Positions 62,201-64,000 of a stretch of 64,000 nucleotides of DNA are shown piece after piece. Origin of the DNA: Macrostomum hystrix (Eukaryota > Animalia > Platyhelminthes); the NCBI GenBank assembly GCA_950097015.1, contig CATNEN010000024.1, positions 2,108,001 to 2,172,000 on the forward strand, read 5' to 3'. The stretch's first letter is position 1. Each line of letters begins with the position of its first letter. The notes beneath the pieces were generated by a model, which was not told the DNA's origin, did not search any database, and was given only the letters and a program-made list of their open reading frames with translations. Made by a program: the position numbers and the translations under genes.

Positions 62201-63315
62201 GAGGCAGTTCGCCAAGGCTACGCGACGCCATTGATGTGTCTGTAGCTTGCACCTCAATGGAGACGAAGTAATGCTTAATGGGAGTGTGACATGAAGTCCC
62301 TTTTGGTGCGTGTATTTGTAACAAGACTTTCTTTATATGTAAACTGTAACTTTAGGTAAAACTGGAGCTAAGTGACGCTTTAGAGGCAACTGTTACAACT
62401 GACTTCAATCGCCCTTTAGGCGCGGAGCAACTTCAGAAGCGTCGGGAGCGCGCCCAGCGTAGCCCAAGCAGCGGCCGCGGCACCTCACCGCAGTACTCAT
62501 CGGTGCTGCAGCTGCTCGCCCCAGAAGAGGACGAGTCTTCAACTCTGGTCTGGTCAGAACGACGGCCTCTTTCGCATCCTTGCCGCTTGCTGCTGGACAC
62601 AGTGCGAGCGGCAATCGGCGAAGTAATGGACAACGTTGACAGCAATGACTCGCGAGAGATCAGTTCTAGCAATAGTGTCACTCTGGAAACACCGTTCGCA
62701 ATAACATTATCCTTTGTAAAGAGATTTGTCCAGTTTGTGAAACGGCTACCAGAGTTCAGCCTGATCCGGCAGGAGGACATGGTCGCGCTCATAAAAGGCG
62801 GCGTGTTTCACTTCACACTAATGCGAGGCGCTTGCACCTACAGCTTGGACGCGGACAGCTTCCAGTTCGAGTCCAATCAGTTGGGTGGTTTGCACCGTAT
62901 GCCCTTCGACCGGCTGTCGGTTTCGCTGTCCACCTGGCCCGCCGGGCCCCAACTGCTCGACCGCTATCGGGACTTTTTGCGCGCATTCGCAGCGGCCAGC
63001 GGAGGCGACCGGCTTGCCTTGACGTTGCTGCAACTGGTGGACTTTTATAATCCGTCCAGGCCGCAGCTGCGCAACATGCGGCTGGTTGACCGCCTGCAGC
63101 GTGGCTACATTCAGCTGTTGTGGCGCCATGTGGAGCATACCTGGCCGAAGGCCTGCTCACGGGCCGTGTTCTTTGACCTGCTGAACCGCCTGTCTGACCT
63201 GGATAGGCTGGCCACAGATTTCAGCAGCCTGTGCCACAGCGTGGGATTTCGATGCGATGCACTCAATCCGCTGTTGGTCGAAGTGTTCGAACTGAGGAGT
63301 GAGGCGCCGACATGA
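59209..63315 (+). CDS. Hr96: Nuclear receptor of the NR1J (HR96/DAF-12) type, ~499 aa
   Basis: Exons 59209-59694, 59856-59973, 62420-63315 (GT-AG, frame continuous). [32 protein letters not shown] with the ESCKA P-box of NR1J; second finger [61 protein letters not shown]; AF-2 PLLVEVFEL. The start codon is tentative. Confidence 0.9.
60187..60278 (-). repeat. 3' LTR (92 bp)
   Basis: Base-for-base identical to 62232-62323. Confidence 0.95.
62232..62323 (-). repeat. 5' LTR (92 bp)
   Basis: TGTTACA...ACATCA on the minus strand, followed by A and the PBS (TGG...). Confidence 0.95.
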
Positions 63316-64000
63316 GCATTTTCAGTATCACTCGCAGTGCTGCTTGATATTGCATCTGACATTTAATGTCAAACCTATCCGCGCACGACTTTAGTGTCTG
63401 GGCGGCATTGTCTTCCAACAGCAAGATGCGTAGATTTCATAGATGTTGTTCGAACAAACAAAATACTATTTTATGAACTCACAAGAAGCAAGTCTGTATG
63501 CTTTTTTGGGTCAAAATCCACTTTCCGAATGCTTTTTTCATTCAATCACGCTTCGCTCCATTGAACCCCGATCTCGTAATCTTACTACGAGCAGCGAATG
63601 CATGCTTTCTGACATTGTTTACGAGCAACTCCAACCTTTTTCATTGGCACCCAGTTCGCGACCATCTCGCTAATACATAAGTCGTACTTGCTTCTGCTTG
63701 ATCAAAGTAGAAAGTGAAAATGCAATTCTAAAGAATGAAAGCCGAATTTTCGCAGTCGATTGAACCCGATTTCGAACACCGAAACTGCCGATTTGAATCC
63801 ACGTGCCACCGGGCAAGATTTACTCACTGAAGGTCAATCGGGCGAATGAGAGTTTATTTCTTTATTATTGCATGGCTTAACTTGATATCAGCAGCAATTC
63901 GGGTCATTGCATTATACTCACAAATGTTCGTCTCGATTTTGTTTCATAACTTGCTTTGTGTGTGTCTACTTTGCCTCGAGACCCCTTCATTTCACTTGCG

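Larger units (their letters stand above)
60187..62323 (-). mobile_element. Internally deleted Ty3/Gypsy (Mag-like) LTR retrotransposon, antisense in nuclear receptor intron 2
   Basis: Identical 92-bp LTRs (TG...CA). PBS TGGCGTCGCG at 62230. Gag with ERVRF...[12 protein letters not shown] and two CCHC knuckles ([29 protein letters not shown]); protease IDTGAS; [37 protein letters not shown]. Several frameshifts; no RNase H or integrase. Confidence 0.95.

Overview
Eukaryotic (metazoan) genomic DNA with GT-AG introns, CAG/polyQ-rich exons and about 11.5 kb (~18%, summed by hand) of minisatellite arrays. The style suggests a free-living flatworm such as Macrostomum, but this is inference only. 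Spliced models were built by hand and checked for frame. They are: a PAN + ALK/LTK-type glycine-rich protein (1047-2574, 5' exon missing); a small coiled-coil gene; CAF-1 subunit B (CHAF1B); a BarH homeobox gene; an intronless divergent Rab-like GTPase; a prostanoid-receptor-like GPCR; a secreted CAP-ShKT-Kringle protein; an orphan gene with an ankyrin-like repeat; an 849-aa orphan ORF; a polyQ ORF; and an NR1J/HR96-type nuclear receptor. The receptor's intron holds an antisense, internally deleted Ty3/Gypsy element with identical 92-bp LTRs. Other repeats are two tRNA-derived SINE families (one with a MIR-like CORE), RTE and I-group LINE remnants, a MITE with an 8-bp TSD and a palindromic element. 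Most long ORFs in the supplied track that overlap tandem arrays are spurious. No database searches were run; family calls rest on motifs I recognised.
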